In this document: positions 30,603 through 40,762 of the stretch, piece after piece
How the letters are laid out: each line of letters opens with the position of its first letter
Numbering within the stretch: the stretch's first letter is position 1
NCBI GenBank assembly: GCA_046045965.1
Contig: JBJOKS010000014.1
Location: 1 to 64,000 of the forward strand
DNA from: Cyanobacteriota bacterium
GTDB taxonomy: Bacteria > Cyanobacteriota > Cyanobacteriia > Cyanobacteriales > Nostocaceae
Direction of reading: 5' to 3'
DNA: 64,000 nucleotides
Position numbers and translations under genes: made by a program
The notes under the pieces: model-generated
Databases searched by the model: none
What the model was told of the DNA's origin: nothing
What the model saw: only the letters and a program-made list of their open reading frames with translations

Positions 30603-32300
30603 TTAATTGCTGGGACTAATTTCTGGTGTGGGAGTTGTTTCCGGTATTTGATTATTTTCTTGTGAGTCTGTAGTTGGTGTTTCGGTGGGAGTGGGTGTTG
30701 GGGTTTCGGTAGGGGTGGGGGTTTCTGTGGGGGTGGGGGTTTCTGTGGGTGTAGGGGTTTCTGTGGGGGTGGGGGTTTCTGTGGGTGTAGGTTCAACAGG
30801 TTTTTCCAAAGCGACACTCAAACTATAATCACTCTCAGTCACTCCCTCAGACAAACTTAATTGAATAAAATATTCACCACTATTCAATAATAATCCTTGA
30901 TATGAAGTAACTTGCTCAGATTCAGAACCAATGGGTTGACCATCAGCAGTTAACACAGTCAACAAAACTCCACTTCCTTTATCAATAGCTACAGTTAACA
31001 TTTGTCCAACATCACCCATTAAACTGTATTGAATTATTTCATTAGCCTTGAGAGTAGCATCTACCTGGACTGTGTTGGATGTTCCTAAACTCAAACGTTT
31101 TTTATATAAAACAGGTTCAGTATCAATTGGTGTGGGTGTCGGTGTAAATGTAAATGTTGGTGTTGGTGTGGATGTATCACCAGGAATAACTGGGGAAGGA
31201 AAACTTTGGGGTGTGTTTGTTTCTTCTGGTGGTTGTTTTGACTGACTGCGGAGGGAATTCACCACCGCCCAAGAACCGAATCCTGCTAAAATTACCACAG
31301 CACTACCAATAGCGCCAATGGCCAACGGGCTATCTAAGATTGAGATACTTTGCTGCGGTGCAATTACCGGGTCAGGTCTGTTAGGTCTTGGTGGTAAAGG
31401 GTCAGGACGACGACCAACAGCTACGGTTGGGATATAAGAGACATTTCCCTGGGGAACATTGGGCTGGTCCAGAGATTGTAAAGCTGATAATACTTCCTTC
31501 ACACTTTGATAGCGATCGCCTGGTACATAACTTAACATCCGATTTAAAACTTCAGCGAATCGGGGATTAACTTCTACCCACTGCTGCCAGTTCCAAGTCA
31601 GTTCAGTCTCATTAAATAACTCTCCTGGTTCTTTACCAGTCAGCAAAACGATAGCAGTTACCCCCAGTGCATACAAATCACTATTAGGATAAGCCTTACC
31701 CGACTGCATTTGCTCACTAGGAGAATAGCCCGGTTTACCCACCGTCGTCACCTGTTTTTGTTCTGGGGTAGATAACCGCGTAGCGAGTTCTTTCACCACC
31801 CCAAAGTCAATTAATACAGGTTTTTGATCAATATCTCGTAAAATCAAATTATCCGGCGAAATATCCCGGTGAATAATTCCCCCTTTGTGAATATGCTCTA
31901 AAACAGGCAACAAAGAGCGCAACAGATGTAATACCTCTGTTTCTGTAAAAGTTTGACCAACAGAGCGACGTTCAGATAACAGCGTGTGGTAAGTCTTCCC
32001 CGCAATGTAATCTTGCACTAAAAACAGGCGTTGGTCCTGGGAAAATTTTTCGCGAAACCTGGGTATTTGTGGATGCTCAATTTGATATAAAGTCGCAGCT
32101 TCGCGCTCAAACAACTCTTGCGCCTTTTTTCCGCCGTAAACTCCCGTTTCTGTGAGCATTAATTCTTTAATGGCGCAAAGTTCGTTAAAGCGTCTTTGGT
32201 CTTCTGCGAGATAGGTTCTACCAAAACCCCCCTGTCCCAGCACGTGAATGATGTGATAACGATTTTGCAGAACAGTACCAACTGTAATGGGTGGTTGCAT
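30603..32300 (-). CDS. Membrane-anchored Ser/Thr protein kinase with Pro/Thr-rich C-terminal repeats
   Basis: LGQGGFG, HRDISPDN, DFG, TM segment, (PTETPT)n tail encoded by 18-bp repeats at ~30675-30790; start approximate. Confidence 0.9.
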   Translation of the reverse strand: MQPPITVGTVLQNRYHIIHVLGQGGFGRTYLAEDQRRFNELCAIKELMLTETGVYGGKKAQELFEREAATLYQIEHPQIPRFREKFSQDQRLFLVQDYIAGKTYHTLLSERRSVGQTFTETEVLHLLRSLLPVLEHIHKGGIIHRDISPDNLILRDIDQKPVLIDFGVVKELATRLSTPEQKQVTTVGKPGYSPSEQMQSGKAYPNSDLYALGVTAIVLLTGKEPGELFNETELTWNWQQWVEVNPRFAEVLNRMLSYVPGDRYQSVKEVLSALQSLDQPNVPQGNVSYIPTVAVGRRPDPLPPRPNRPDPVIAPQQSISILDSPLAIGAIGSAVVILAGFGSWAVVNSLRSQSKQPPEETNTPQSFPSPVIPGDTSTPTPTFTFTPTPTPIDTEPVLYKKRLSLGTSNTVQVDATLKANEIIQYSLMGDVGQMLTVAIDKGSGVLLTVLTADGQPIGSESEQVTSYQGLLLNSGEYFIQLSLSEGVTESDYSLSVALEKPVEPTPTETPTPTETPTPTETPTPTETPTPTETPTPTPTETPTTDSQENNQIPETTPTPEISPSN

Positions 32301-32917
32301 GATCATATTGAATAAGTGTAATAGCAACTGAGCTAGAAATTAACTAAAGCATAAACGTGGTCATTGGTAATTGGTAATTGGTGATAGCTAATTGCTAAAA
32401 ACCTGTTCCCAGTCCCTTTCAGTCTCTACCTGCTGAACTGATAGGTGAATGTTCAACCACCTGCTAGTTTATCAATTTGGCGCTAGTATCATAAAATAAG
32501 CAACTGTATCCTCAAAGCTTAATCATCAGCTGACTCCGTAAATGCGAAAATCAGCGGCAATTTTCCAGTTTAAAGGCGAATACTGCCTAATAATTAAATT
32601 AATTGTGACTTTATGTGTGAATAAATTGATCTCAGTTATAAAAGAAACGGGTAGAATAGGTAATCTACCATACCAAATGCTCAATTATTTGGGCGGTTCA
32701 CCCTAACCTCCAAAAATGGAACTCTGAAACTATTTTCCAGAATAGATGTCAGTAAGATCCTCATTGGTTTTTTCCCAGAAGAACAAGAAAATTAGTGAAT
32801 GTAAATATATGGAGAAATATTGCGAATTTGTATAGAAGTTTCAATAAAACTTACAGATGTTTTATTTAGTCTATCTCTGTCCGTTAAATCTGCTAAATCT
32901 CTGATGATAATATCGCC

Positions 32918-33934
32918 ATGAATGCACATCGAGGATCTGCTGTGCTAAGTTCTGCAACTTTAACAGTTCCACCAGTCACAACAGCAGTGACTGAAAATCA
33001 TCGTCTGCGACTGTTTTCCGGTTCTGCAAATTTACAATTATCCCAAGAAGTCGCTCGTTACCTGGGGATGGACTTGGGTCCAATGATTCGCAAAAGATTT
33101 GCGGATGGAGAACTGTATGTTCAAATCCAAGAATCGATCCGTGGTTGTGATGTTTATTTAATCCAACCAACCTGTCAACCCGTTAACGACCACTTAATGG
33201 AATTACTGATTATGATTGATGCTTGTCGTCGCGCTTCCGCACGACAGATCACAGCAGTAATTCCCTATTATGGTTATGCTCGTGCCGATCGCAAAACCGC
33301 CGGTAGAGAGTCTATTACCGCCAAACTGGTTGCTAACTTGATTACTCAAGCCGGTGCTAGTCGCATTCTCGCAATGGACTTGCACGCAGCACAGATACAG
33401 GGGTATTTTGATATACCTTTTGATCATGTTTACGGTTCTCCAGTCATACTGGATTATTTGCAGACTAAAGCACTACAGGATATTGTAGTTGTTTCCCCTG
33501 ATGTTGGTGGTGTCGCACGAGCCAGAGCATTTGCGAAAAAACTCAATGATGCACCATTGGCAATTATAGACAAACGCCGTCAAGCTCACAATGTGGCTGA
33601 GGTTTTGAATGTCATCGGCGATGTGAAGGGGAAAACGGCAGTTTTAGTTGATGACATGATTGATACAGGCGGAACAATTACCGAAGGTGCGAAATTACTA
33701 CGTGAAGAGGGAGCAAGTCAGGTATATGCCTGTGCTACTCATGCGGTATTTTCACCACCTGCGATTGAACGCTTATCAAGTGGCTTGTTTGAGGAGGTGA
33801 TAGTTACTAACACTATTCCTATTCCTGAAAGCGATCACTTTCCCCAGTTAGTAACGCTTTCTGTTGCTAATTTACTCGGTGAAGCGATTTGGCGGATTCA
33901 CGAAGATACTTCACTCAGTAGTTTATTCCGTTAG
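32918..33934 (+). CDS. prs: Ribose-phosphate pyrophosphokinase
   Basis: FADGE, PYYGYARADRK, VSPDVGG, VDDMIDTGGT. Confidence 0.96.
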   Translation: MNAHRGSAVLSSATLTVPPVTTAVTENHRLRLFSGSANLQLSQEVARYLGMDLGPMIRKRFADGELYVQIQESIRGCDVYLIQPTCQPVNDHLMELLIMIDACRRASARQITAVIPYYGYARADRKTAGRESITAKLVANLITQAGASRILAMDLHAAQIQGYFDIPFDHVYGSPVILDYLQTKALQDIVVVSPDVGGVARARAFAKKLNDAPLAIIDKRRQAHNVAEVLNVIGDVKGKTAVLVDDMIDTGGTITEGAKLLREEGASQVYACATHAVFSPPAIERLSSGLFEEVIVTNTIPIPESDHFPQLVTLSVANLLGEAIWRIHEDTSLSSLFR

Positions 33935-34081
33935 TCTGCAAAAAACATCATCCAAAAAGATGATTTATGAAAATATGAATTATGAGGGATGAAATTTTTC
34001 ATCCTTCATCCTTCATTTTTTGTTTTAGGTAATTGGTAATTGGTAATTGGAAACTTCTTACTGTCACCTATCACCTGTCAC

Positions 34082-34645
34082 CTACTTTGCTAAAGTTTCT
34101 AATTCTGTCACTACTCGTTCTAGTTCTTCGACTAAGGGTGTAAGTTGATTTTTTTGGAAAGCATCTGCTAACGCGCGATAATACCAAATAGTTCCTTCTT
34201 TACCACCTTGAAACCTTTCCCAAACTGCTTCACCAATTATGCGATAATCTTTGAGAATGGATCTAGCATTATGCAGTTTATCAGATGCGGAAACTAGCAG
34301 CACTGAAGGGGAAGCGGTGGAAATATGGGCAATATACGCTTCTTTCCGTTGTTTCCACGGGGGTTTAGGTGTGGTGTCTGCGTCTGTACATCCATCTACT
34401 ATGACGGTGACGTTATCCCCAAACCGACGACGAATTTCTTCTCTGGTGGCTGCTCCTCCTTGATCTTCTATGGCATCATGTAATAAAGCTGCGATCGCTT
34501 CGTCTTCGTTTGCTCCATATTCTAAGGCTATGCTGGCTACTCCTAATAAATGGCTAATATAGGGAATACCTGAAGCTTTGCGTTTTTGGGTTGCGTGGAG
34601 TTGGTGCGCGTAGGTTAAGGCTTGGGTAAATCTTTCTGATAGCAT
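34082..34645 (-). CDS. Stand-alone HD-domain protein, RelA/SpoT hydrolase (Mesh1/SAH)-like
   Basis: H..Q.RK.SG.PYI.H, AALLHDAIED, GCTD, DKLHNA. Confidence 0.85.
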   Translation of the reverse strand: MLSERFTQALTYAHQLHATQKRKASGIPYISHLLGVASIALEYGANEDEAIAALLHDAIEDQGGAATREEIRRRFGDNVTVIVDGCTDADTTPKPPWKQRKEAYIAHISTASPSVLLVSASDKLHNARSILKDYRIIGEAVWERFQGGKEGTIWYYRALADAFQKNQLTPLVEELERVVTELETLAK

Positions 34646-34747
34646 TTTTTAAATGGGTATTTTCGGTTTGGTGTTGAGGTTTAGAAGGATTGAACCACGA
34701 AGACACGAAGAACACGAAGGAAGAAGAAGATAATCTCTCAGTTGAAA

Positions 34748-36046
34748 TCAGGGCGCTATTATTTCTAATATAAAGTCTTCTAAGTTTGATAATTCAACTC
34801 CCAAATTATCCAACACTCTTATTGCTACGCCTTCACCCTCTGCCAGTAAAGCTAACAACAGATGCTCAGTATCAATTTGCTTATTCATCATTCGGACAGA
34901 TTCTTCCCGTGATAGCTCTAAAACTCTGATTGTACGTGGAGTAAATACTGCTTTTCCGCGAGAACCTGAACCTCTACCAACAATCTTTTCAACCTCAAAA
35001 CGCGCATTTTCCAATGTTACACCATTGTTCTTTAGTGCAGACGCAGCTAATCCAGTATTTTCACTAATCAAACCCAAAAGGATACTCTGTGATCCAATAA
35101 AATAATGATCTAATAAACGGGTTTCTTGATATGCCAAATTGATTACTTCTAAAGCTTTGTCTGTGAATTTTGAGAACAGTTCTAATGATGAATTCTTGAA
35201 TTGTAATTGATTTTCTATCTTAACCAAAGATGAAATTATTTCTTCTGGTATTTTAAGAAGATACAACCACTCCTGCACAGACTGGGGACGATTTTCTGAT
35301 TGCAGTTCTAGTCCTTTGATAATTGCTTTATTGACTCTATCACTAATATCTGAATTGAGTTTATTTGGTGGTGCTAGTGGTTCACCCATCATTCTAGATA
35401 TAGCACTTTCTGGTTCTTTTCCTGTCAAAACCTTGTATAGTGTTGCTGCTAGTGCATAAATATCAGTAAAAGCACCACGTTTAGCACGCGGATTATATTG
35501 CTCAAGAGGTGCATAAAAAGCTGTTTTATATTCTGTATGTGTTTGTGTTAAGTTAGGTGTAAAGTCACGCGCGATGCCAAAATCAATTAAAACTGCTTCA
35601 GATTTATTATTTCTTACCAAAATATTTTTCGGTGTTACATCTCGATGCAATAAACCATTTTCGTGAACCACTGTTAACGCAGCACCAATTTGTTGAATAT
35701 AATCTAAAGCTTGAGATTCTGATAAAACACCCAAATTACCTAACTCTTCACCCTCTATATATTCCATTACCATTCCCCAAATATCACCATCTTTGATACA
35801 TTCATAAATTTTGACGATGTGAGGATGATAACTACATTTAGCTAGTTTTATTGCTTCATTGATAAAATCTTGCAGACATTTATCAAAATCATCATTGTCT
35901 ATATCTGTATCTTTAAGGGTTTTGATCACAACTGAATTACCCTTTTTGTCTTTAGCAAGATAAGTGATTCCAAAACCACCATGTCCCAACTTCTTTTCTA
36001 TGGTATATTTACCATCTTGCAGTTGCTGTCCTGATACCCAAGCCAT
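34748..36046 (-). CDS. Ser/Thr protein kinase fused to a C-terminal Clp N-terminal (ClpN) repeat domain
   Basis: LGHGGFG, HRDVTPKN, DFG, APLEQY; C-terminus FSKFTDKA..LA.QE..L.H..IG..ILLGL / FTPR..RVLELS..IDTEHLLLALL.EGEGVA. Confidence 0.87.
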   Translation of the reverse strand: MAWVSGQQLQDGKYTIEKKLGHGGFGITYLAKDKKGNSVVIKTLKDTDIDNDDFDKCLQDFINEAIKLAKCSYHPHIVKIYECIKDGDIWGMVMEYIEGEELGNLGVLSESQALDYIQQIGAALTVVHENGLLHRDVTPKNILVRNNKSEAVLIDFGIARDFTPNLTQTHTEYKTAFYAPLEQYNPRAKRGAFTDIYALAATLYKVLTGKEPESAISRMMGEPLAPPNKLNSDISDRVNKAIIKGLELQSENRPQSVQEWLYLLKIPEEIISSLVKIENQLQFKNSSLELFSKFTDKALEVINLAYQETRLLDHYFIGSQSILLGLISENTGLAASALKNNGVTLENARFEVEKIVGRGSGSRGKAVFTPRTIRVLELSREESVRMMNKQIDTEHLLLALLAEGEGVAIRVLDNLGVELSNLEDFILEIIAP

Positions 36047-36143
36047 AACCTGTGAAATTATAGAGTTATCAGTTTATTTTGGCACAAAATCTACAGTAAT
36101 TGGCAATCTCATGCTTGGCTAAAAATCTCAGTATGATTACATA

Positions 36144-36521
36144 CTAACAATCTAGAATTTCTTTAAGAATGCTCTTTAAATCTGCGTCAGCAGGACGTTT
36201 TGCAAATTGTTCGTGGCTATATATCCACACCAGCTTAATGACAAAATCATTTGTATTGACTAAATACATTAATCTGATTTGTCCAGATGCTCCTTTGGAT
36301 ACTTTAAACTCGATTTTGTGAAATGACCATCCTTCAGGTAATTCAATCTTTCCAGGTAAAGGTTCATTGCGAGAATTTATAGGATATTGATCATCAATTA
36401 AGTCTTCTAAAACTTGTGCAACACATTCCACAAAATCAGACCTATAAGCTTTTGCAAGTTTTTTGAAAGAACGCTGAAAATTATCAGATTTTTCAATCGA
36501 GAAGGGAGTTAAGCCAGTCAC
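36144..36521 (-). CDS. RelE/ParE-superfamily-like toxin
   Basis: F.RSFKKL.K, GASGQIRLMY, IYSH; overlaps the upstream antitoxin gene by 29 nt. Confidence 0.68.
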   Translation of the reverse strand: MTGLTPFSIEKSDNFQRSFKKLAKAYRSDFVECVAQVLEDLIDDQYPINSRNEPLPGKIELPEGWSFHKIEFKVSKGASGQIRLMYLVNTNDFVIKLVWIYSHEQFAKRPADADLKSILKEILDC

Positions 36522-37080
36522 GCACTTCTCCTTTATGAATACGAGTTGATGATTCCGAATTACAAGCGTCCTTTAAAACTTGTCGCATGACAATTTGATA
36601 GCCTGGATGATCACGTTCTATCTGCTCTAATTTCTCATGTCCTAATGCTTTTAAATCTTTCAATAAAATTACTGTAGTTGAAGCAGCTTCAGGAAGTAAC
36701 CCTTTGCGTGCTTTCTTCCAAGGAAATTCTAAGTGAGTCATACCACTTAAATGATAAGCATGATAACCACCAAAATATTCCCATACTTCTTCTAGAAGTT
36801 GTTTCTTATCTTCAGATATTTCTAATAGTGATTCTTGACTAGGAATAGGTAATTGTTTAGCTTCAAATTCGCTATAAAATCTATAAGCAGGTGGACATAC
36901 AGGACCATAACGCCATGCCTGTATTTCTTCTGCAAATAATGGCTGATCATACATAGCTAAATGCAAACTCTGAGCATAGTATAAAAGCTTTTGAGCTTTC
37001 ATGTTTGTCATTTCTGCTTCTATGCCATCTGCGTAAGCTTTCATAATGAAGTAGCGAGCTACAGTTAGACAATCAATCAT
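36493..37080 (-). CDS. Panacea-domain (DUF4065/SocA/GepA) antitoxin
   Basis: VARYF, TNMKAQKLLYYAQ, IQAWRYGPV, L...TH.E.PW. Confidence 0.87.
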   Translation of the reverse strand: MIDCLTVARYFIMKAYADGIEAEMTNMKAQKLLYYAQSLHLAMYDQPLFAEEIQAWRYGPVCPPAYRFYSEFEAKQLPIPSQESLLEISEDKKQLLEEVWEYFGGYHAYHLSGMTHLEFPWKKARKGLLPEAASTTVILLKDLKALGHEKLEQIERDHPGYQIVMRQVLKDACNSESSTRIHKGEVRDWLNSLLD

Positions 37081-37368
37081 AATCAAACTCGCAAATCAAA
37101 ATAAACTGACTATCTGAAGAATTTTTAACAACAGCATACACATCATTATAGTTCAAAACTAAAAATTTAGTACATTTTTACTATAAATTTATAAGAACCA
37201 ACCCAAAAAATCTTTTTGCAATTATTGACAAATTAACAATATTTGTGACAATTGCGCTAGAATTATTAAAGGTTCGTTACAGAATTGGCAAATCATCCCC
37301 AAATCTGTTACAACAGCCAAACATTTAGCTTCTAAATCTAAAAACACTAAAGTTCACCTAAACTCTCT

Positions 37369-39159
37369 ATGACGCTCCCAATTCGTAACGTCGCCATTAT
37401 CGCTCACGTTGACCACGGCAAAACCACCTTGGTTGATGCTCTTCTCAAACAGTCCGGCATTTTCCGCGAAGGCGAAGACGTTCCGGATTGTGTCATGGAC
37501 TCCAACGCTTTGGAGAGGGAACGAGGAATTACTATTCTTTCCAAAAATACAGCGGTTCGCTACAAAGAAACCCTGATTAATATTGTTGATACTCCTGGAC
37601 ACGCTGACTTCGGTGGAGAAGTAGAACGGGTACTGGGCATGGTGGACGGTTGTCTACTGATTGTTGATGCCAATGAAGGACCAATGCCCCAAACCCGCTT
37701 TGTGCTGAAAAAAGCTTTGGAAAAAGGTCTGCGTCCTATTGTTGTTGTTAACAAAATTGACCGTGGCCAAGCTGACCCCCACGTTGCTGTAGATAAGGTT
37801 TTGGATCTGTTCTTGGAATTGGGTGCAGATGAAGATCAGTGTGATTTTCCCTATCTGTTTGCTTCCGGTATGGGTGGTTACGCCAAGGAAAGCTTGGAAG
37901 CAGAAGCTGTAGATATGCAGCCTTTGTTTGAGGCTATCCTCCGTCATGTTCCCGCACCTGTAGGCGATCCTAACAAACCTCTGCAATTACAAGTTACTAC
38001 CCTAGATTATTCTGAATATCTAGGACGGATTGTAATTGGTAGAATCCATAACGGTACTATTCGCGCTGGACAACAAGCTGCTTTAGTAGTGGAAGATGGC
38101 AGCATTGTCAAGGGTAAAATTACCAAATTGATGGGTTTTGAAGGCTTGAAGCGAGTGGAAATGACAGAAGCCACCGCTGGTTATATTGTTGCTGTGGCTG
38201 GTTTTGCAGATGCGTATATTGGTGAAACCATTACAGATCCTAATGAACCTCAAGCTTTACCACTCATTAAGGTAGATGAACCAACCTTGCAAATGACCTT
38301 CTGGGTGAATGATTCACCTTTTGCGGGTCAGGAAGGTAAGTTGGTAACTTCTCGCCAAGTGCGCGATCGCTTGTTCCGTGAATTAGAAACCAACGTAGCT
38401 TTGCGGGTTGAAGAAACCGACTCTCCTGATAAATTCCTGGTTTCCGGTCGGGGTGAATTACACCTGGGTATCTTAATTGAAACCATGCGTCGTGAAGGTT
38501 TTGAGTTCCAAGTATCTCAGCCTCAAGTAATTTACCGGACGATTAACGGTCAACCTTGCGAACCTTACGAACTTCTGGTTTTAGACGTTCCCGGTGACTC
38601 CGTTGGTAGCTGTATTGAACGTCTGGGACAGCGTAAAGGGGAAATGCAAGATATGCAACCTGGTGCTGGCGATCGCACACAATTAGAGTTTGTGATTCCT
38701 GCCCGTGGTTTGATTGGTTTCCGGGGTGAATTCATGCGGATGACCCGTGGTGAAGGCATCATGAACCACAGTTTCCTAGAATACCGTCAACTTTCTGGCA
38801 ACATTGAAGCCCGCAACAAAGGCGTTTTAATCTCCTTTGAAGAAGGTGTTTCAACTTTCTACGCCATGAAAAACGCTGAAGATAGAGGCGCATTCTTCAT
38901 CACTCCTGGAACCAAGGTTTATAGAGGCATGATTGTCGGTGAACACAACCGTCCTCAAGACTTGGAATTGAATATCTGTAAAACCAAGCAGCTAACTAAC
39001 CACCGTGCTGCTGGTGGTGATGAACTCGTACAGTTGCAAGCACCTATAGATATGAGCTTGGAACGTGCGTTGGAATATATCGGTCCAGATGAGTTGGTGG
39101 AAGTTACACCACAATCAATTCGTCTCCGCAAAATGGCGAAGAAGTTAGCTAAACGCTAA
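37369..39159 (+). CDS. typA: Translational GTPase TypA/BipA
   Basis: [33 protein letters not shown]. Confidence 0.97.
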   Translation: MTLPIRNVAIIAHVDHGKTTLVDALLKQSGIFREGEDVPDCVMDSNALERERGITILSKNTAVRYKETLINIVDTPGHADFGGEVERVLGMVDGCLLIVDANEGPMPQTRFVLKKALEKGLRPIVVVNKIDRGQADPHVAVDKVLDLFLELGADEDQCDFPYLFASGMGGYAKESLEAEAVDMQPLFEAILRHVPAPVGDPNKPLQLQVTTLDYSEYLGRIVIGRIHNGTIRAGQQAALVVEDGSIVKGKITKLMGFEGLKRVEMTEATAGYIVAVAGFADAYIGETITDPNEPQALPLIKVDEPTLQMTFWVNDSPFAGQEGKLVTSRQVRDRLFRELETNVALRVEETDSPDKFLVSGRGELHLGILIETMRREGFEFQVSQPQVIYRTINGQPCEPYELLVLDVPGDSVGSCIERLGQRKGEMQDMQPGAGDRTQLEFVIPARGLIGFRGEFMRMTRGEGIMNHSFLEYRQLSGNIEARNKGVLISFEEGVSTFYAMKNAEDRGAFFITPGTKVYRGMIVGEHNRPQDLELNICKTKQLTNHRAAGGDELVQLQAPIDMSLERALEYIGPDELVEVTPQSIRLRKMAKKLAKR

Positions 39160-39164
39160 TCTGT

Positions 39165-39192
39165 AGGGGTGGGTAAACCCCACTCTTTTTTT
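39165..39192 (+). terminator. Intrinsic terminator after typA
   Basis: GGGTGGG...CCCACTC hairpin followed by a T run. Confidence 0.65.
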
Positions 39193-39320
39193 ATCGAACC
39201 GCAGAGACGCAGAGGACGCAGAGAAAGAACATCAATAATTTTTTATCTGCGTTTATCCGCGTTCATCTGCGTTCTATTCTCAATTCCTGAAAAAAAAGTT
39301 TTGTGTCAATAAACTCCCCT

Positions 39321-39437
39321 CTATTCTCAATATTATTGATATTAATTTCTATTAATTTAACGATTTTTGGTTGTTTGAGCGATCACTCTTGACAGTGTTT
39401 TGAGTTTCTGGTAAATTTGGTTAAAATCCCAAGGGAT
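39321..39437 (+). repeat. Promoter-bearing dispersed element, copy 2
   Basis: Homologous to 17198-17312; TTGACA (39389)-17 nt-TAAATT (39412). Confidence 0.7.
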
Positions 39438-39532
39438 TGATATAAGACTTTTCTCACGCAAAGGCGCAAAGAGAAGAAAAAGAGATTTATACTAATTTTA
39501 TAGAATATTTAAAGTTTGATATTTTTCCAGGA

Positions 39533-40180
39533 GTGGAAATGATGTTGTTGGAATTAAAGCGCATTCATGTACCACCAGGACAAAGAGTTTTATTAGAAAA
39601 TGTCACTTGGACAGAATTGGAAGCAATTTTAGAGGAGTTGGGAGAACATCGCGCTGCTAGAATTGCTTATGATCAGGGAATGTTAGAAATTATGACTCCT
39701 TTACCAGAACATGAATTTGATAAGGAAATTATTAGTGATTTAATTAAAGCATTATTAGAAGAATTGGATATTGAATTTCTCAGTCTTGGTTCTACGACTT
39801 TCAAAAATCAATTTATGGAAAAGGGTATAGAACCTGATCAATGTTTTTATATTAAGAATGAGGGTTTAGTTAGGGGTAAGAAAAGGTTAGATTTAACTAT
39901 TGATCCTCCTCCAGATTTAGCTTTGGAAATTGATATTACTTCCCGCACTCATCCACATATTTATCAATCTTTAAAAGTTCCTGAGTTGTGGAGGTTTGAA
40001 AATGGGAAGTTGCAAATTAATGTTTTAGTAGACGGTAGTTATGTGGTGTCTCAGTCAAGTTTGAATTTTCCTGGTTTACCTTTAATTGATGTAATTCCTC
40101 CATATTTGGAAAGTAGTGGAATTAATGGGAGGAATGCAACTATTAAGAGGTTTAGGAGTTGGGTGAGAGAGCAGTTATAA
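39533..40180 (+). CDS. Uma2 family (PD-(D/E)XK-like) endonuclease
   Basis: RIAYD.G.LEIM.P.PEHE, GSTTF, EPD.CFY, PPPDLALEIDIT, VPELW. Confidence 0.9.
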   Translation: MEMMLLELKRIHVPPGQRVLLENVTWTELEAILEELGEHRAARIAYDQGMLEIMTPLPEHEFDKEIISDLIKALLEELDIEFLSLGSTTFKNQFMEKGIEPDQCFYIKNEGLVRGKKRLDLTIDPPPDLALEIDITSRTHPHIYQSLKVPELWRFENGKLQINVLVDGSYVVSQSSLNFPGLPLIDVIPPYLESSGINGRNATIKRFRSWVREQL

Positions 40181-40264
40181 TTTCAGTAATAATTATTTTA
40201 TTGAACATTAAAAAGGTCTAGTTATTAAATTCAGGGATTTACACATCAAAATTGTATCATCATC

Positions 40265-40446
40265 TTCGACGCACCTCGGCAAATCCCCAAAACCCTATAT
40301 GTTTCGTTGAGATGCGTCGAATGCTTACCAGATAAGGGTTTGAGTTATGTACTTGACGTTATTTTTAGCTATGTTTATAATGTTTTTTAGAGATGCGTCG
40401 AATTGGTGGCTGAAACCCTTACTGGGTAACGCCCCATAGACGAACT
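40265..40446 (+). promoter_or_regulatory. CRISPR leader with sigma70 promoter and repeated leader motifs
   Basis: TTGACG (40353)-17 nt-TATAAT (40376); GAGATGCGTCGAA at 40309 and 40390, near-inverted TTCGACGCACCTC at 40265. Confidence 0.75.
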
Positions 40447-40623
40447 CTTTACCGATCGCTTTAGATTGGAATTAATGGAAACCCGGGGCCTTTGAAGATC
40501 ACGACACCCGAGGGGGTTATGGTGCTTTACCGATCGCTTTAGATTGGAATTAATGGAAACCAATCTTCAAATCTTAGGAAACTAAATATCTAGCGATCGC
40601 CTAAAATGAAAACTAATAAAACT
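40447..40623 (+). CRISPR. Orphan CRISPR mini-array: two identical 36-nt repeats CTTTACCGATCGCTTTAGATTGGAATTAATGGAAAC, one 42-nt spacer and a probable degenerate terminal repeat
   Basis: Repeats 40447-40482 and 40525-40560; spacer 40483-40524; 22/36-match remnant at 40588-40623; 3' GAAAC end; leader upstream. Confidence 0.82.
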
Positions 40624-40624
40624 C

Positions 40625-40687
40625 AGATCCCCGACTTCTAACATCAGTTCATCATCTATGAACCAGATCAAAAAAGAAGTCGGGGAT
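40625..40687. repeat. GATCCCCGACTTCT...AGAAGTCGGGGAT inverted-repeat element
   Basis: Same arms as 16960-17025. Confidence 0.85.
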
Positions 40688-40762
40688 TTTGTATAAAAGT
40701 AGTTTTTAAAAACTTTTGCTTTGATAAATTGCCTAAATTCAAATTAATTAAAAGTCTAAAAC

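Noticed and set aside
30539..30817. Pro/Lys-rich 92-aa ORF
   Set aside because: Alternative frame of the kinase PTETPT repeats
37354..38762. Several antisense ORFs within typA (and similar shadows in devB, ALDH, mfd and the WD40 gene)
   Set aside because: Antisense shadows of strongly coding genes
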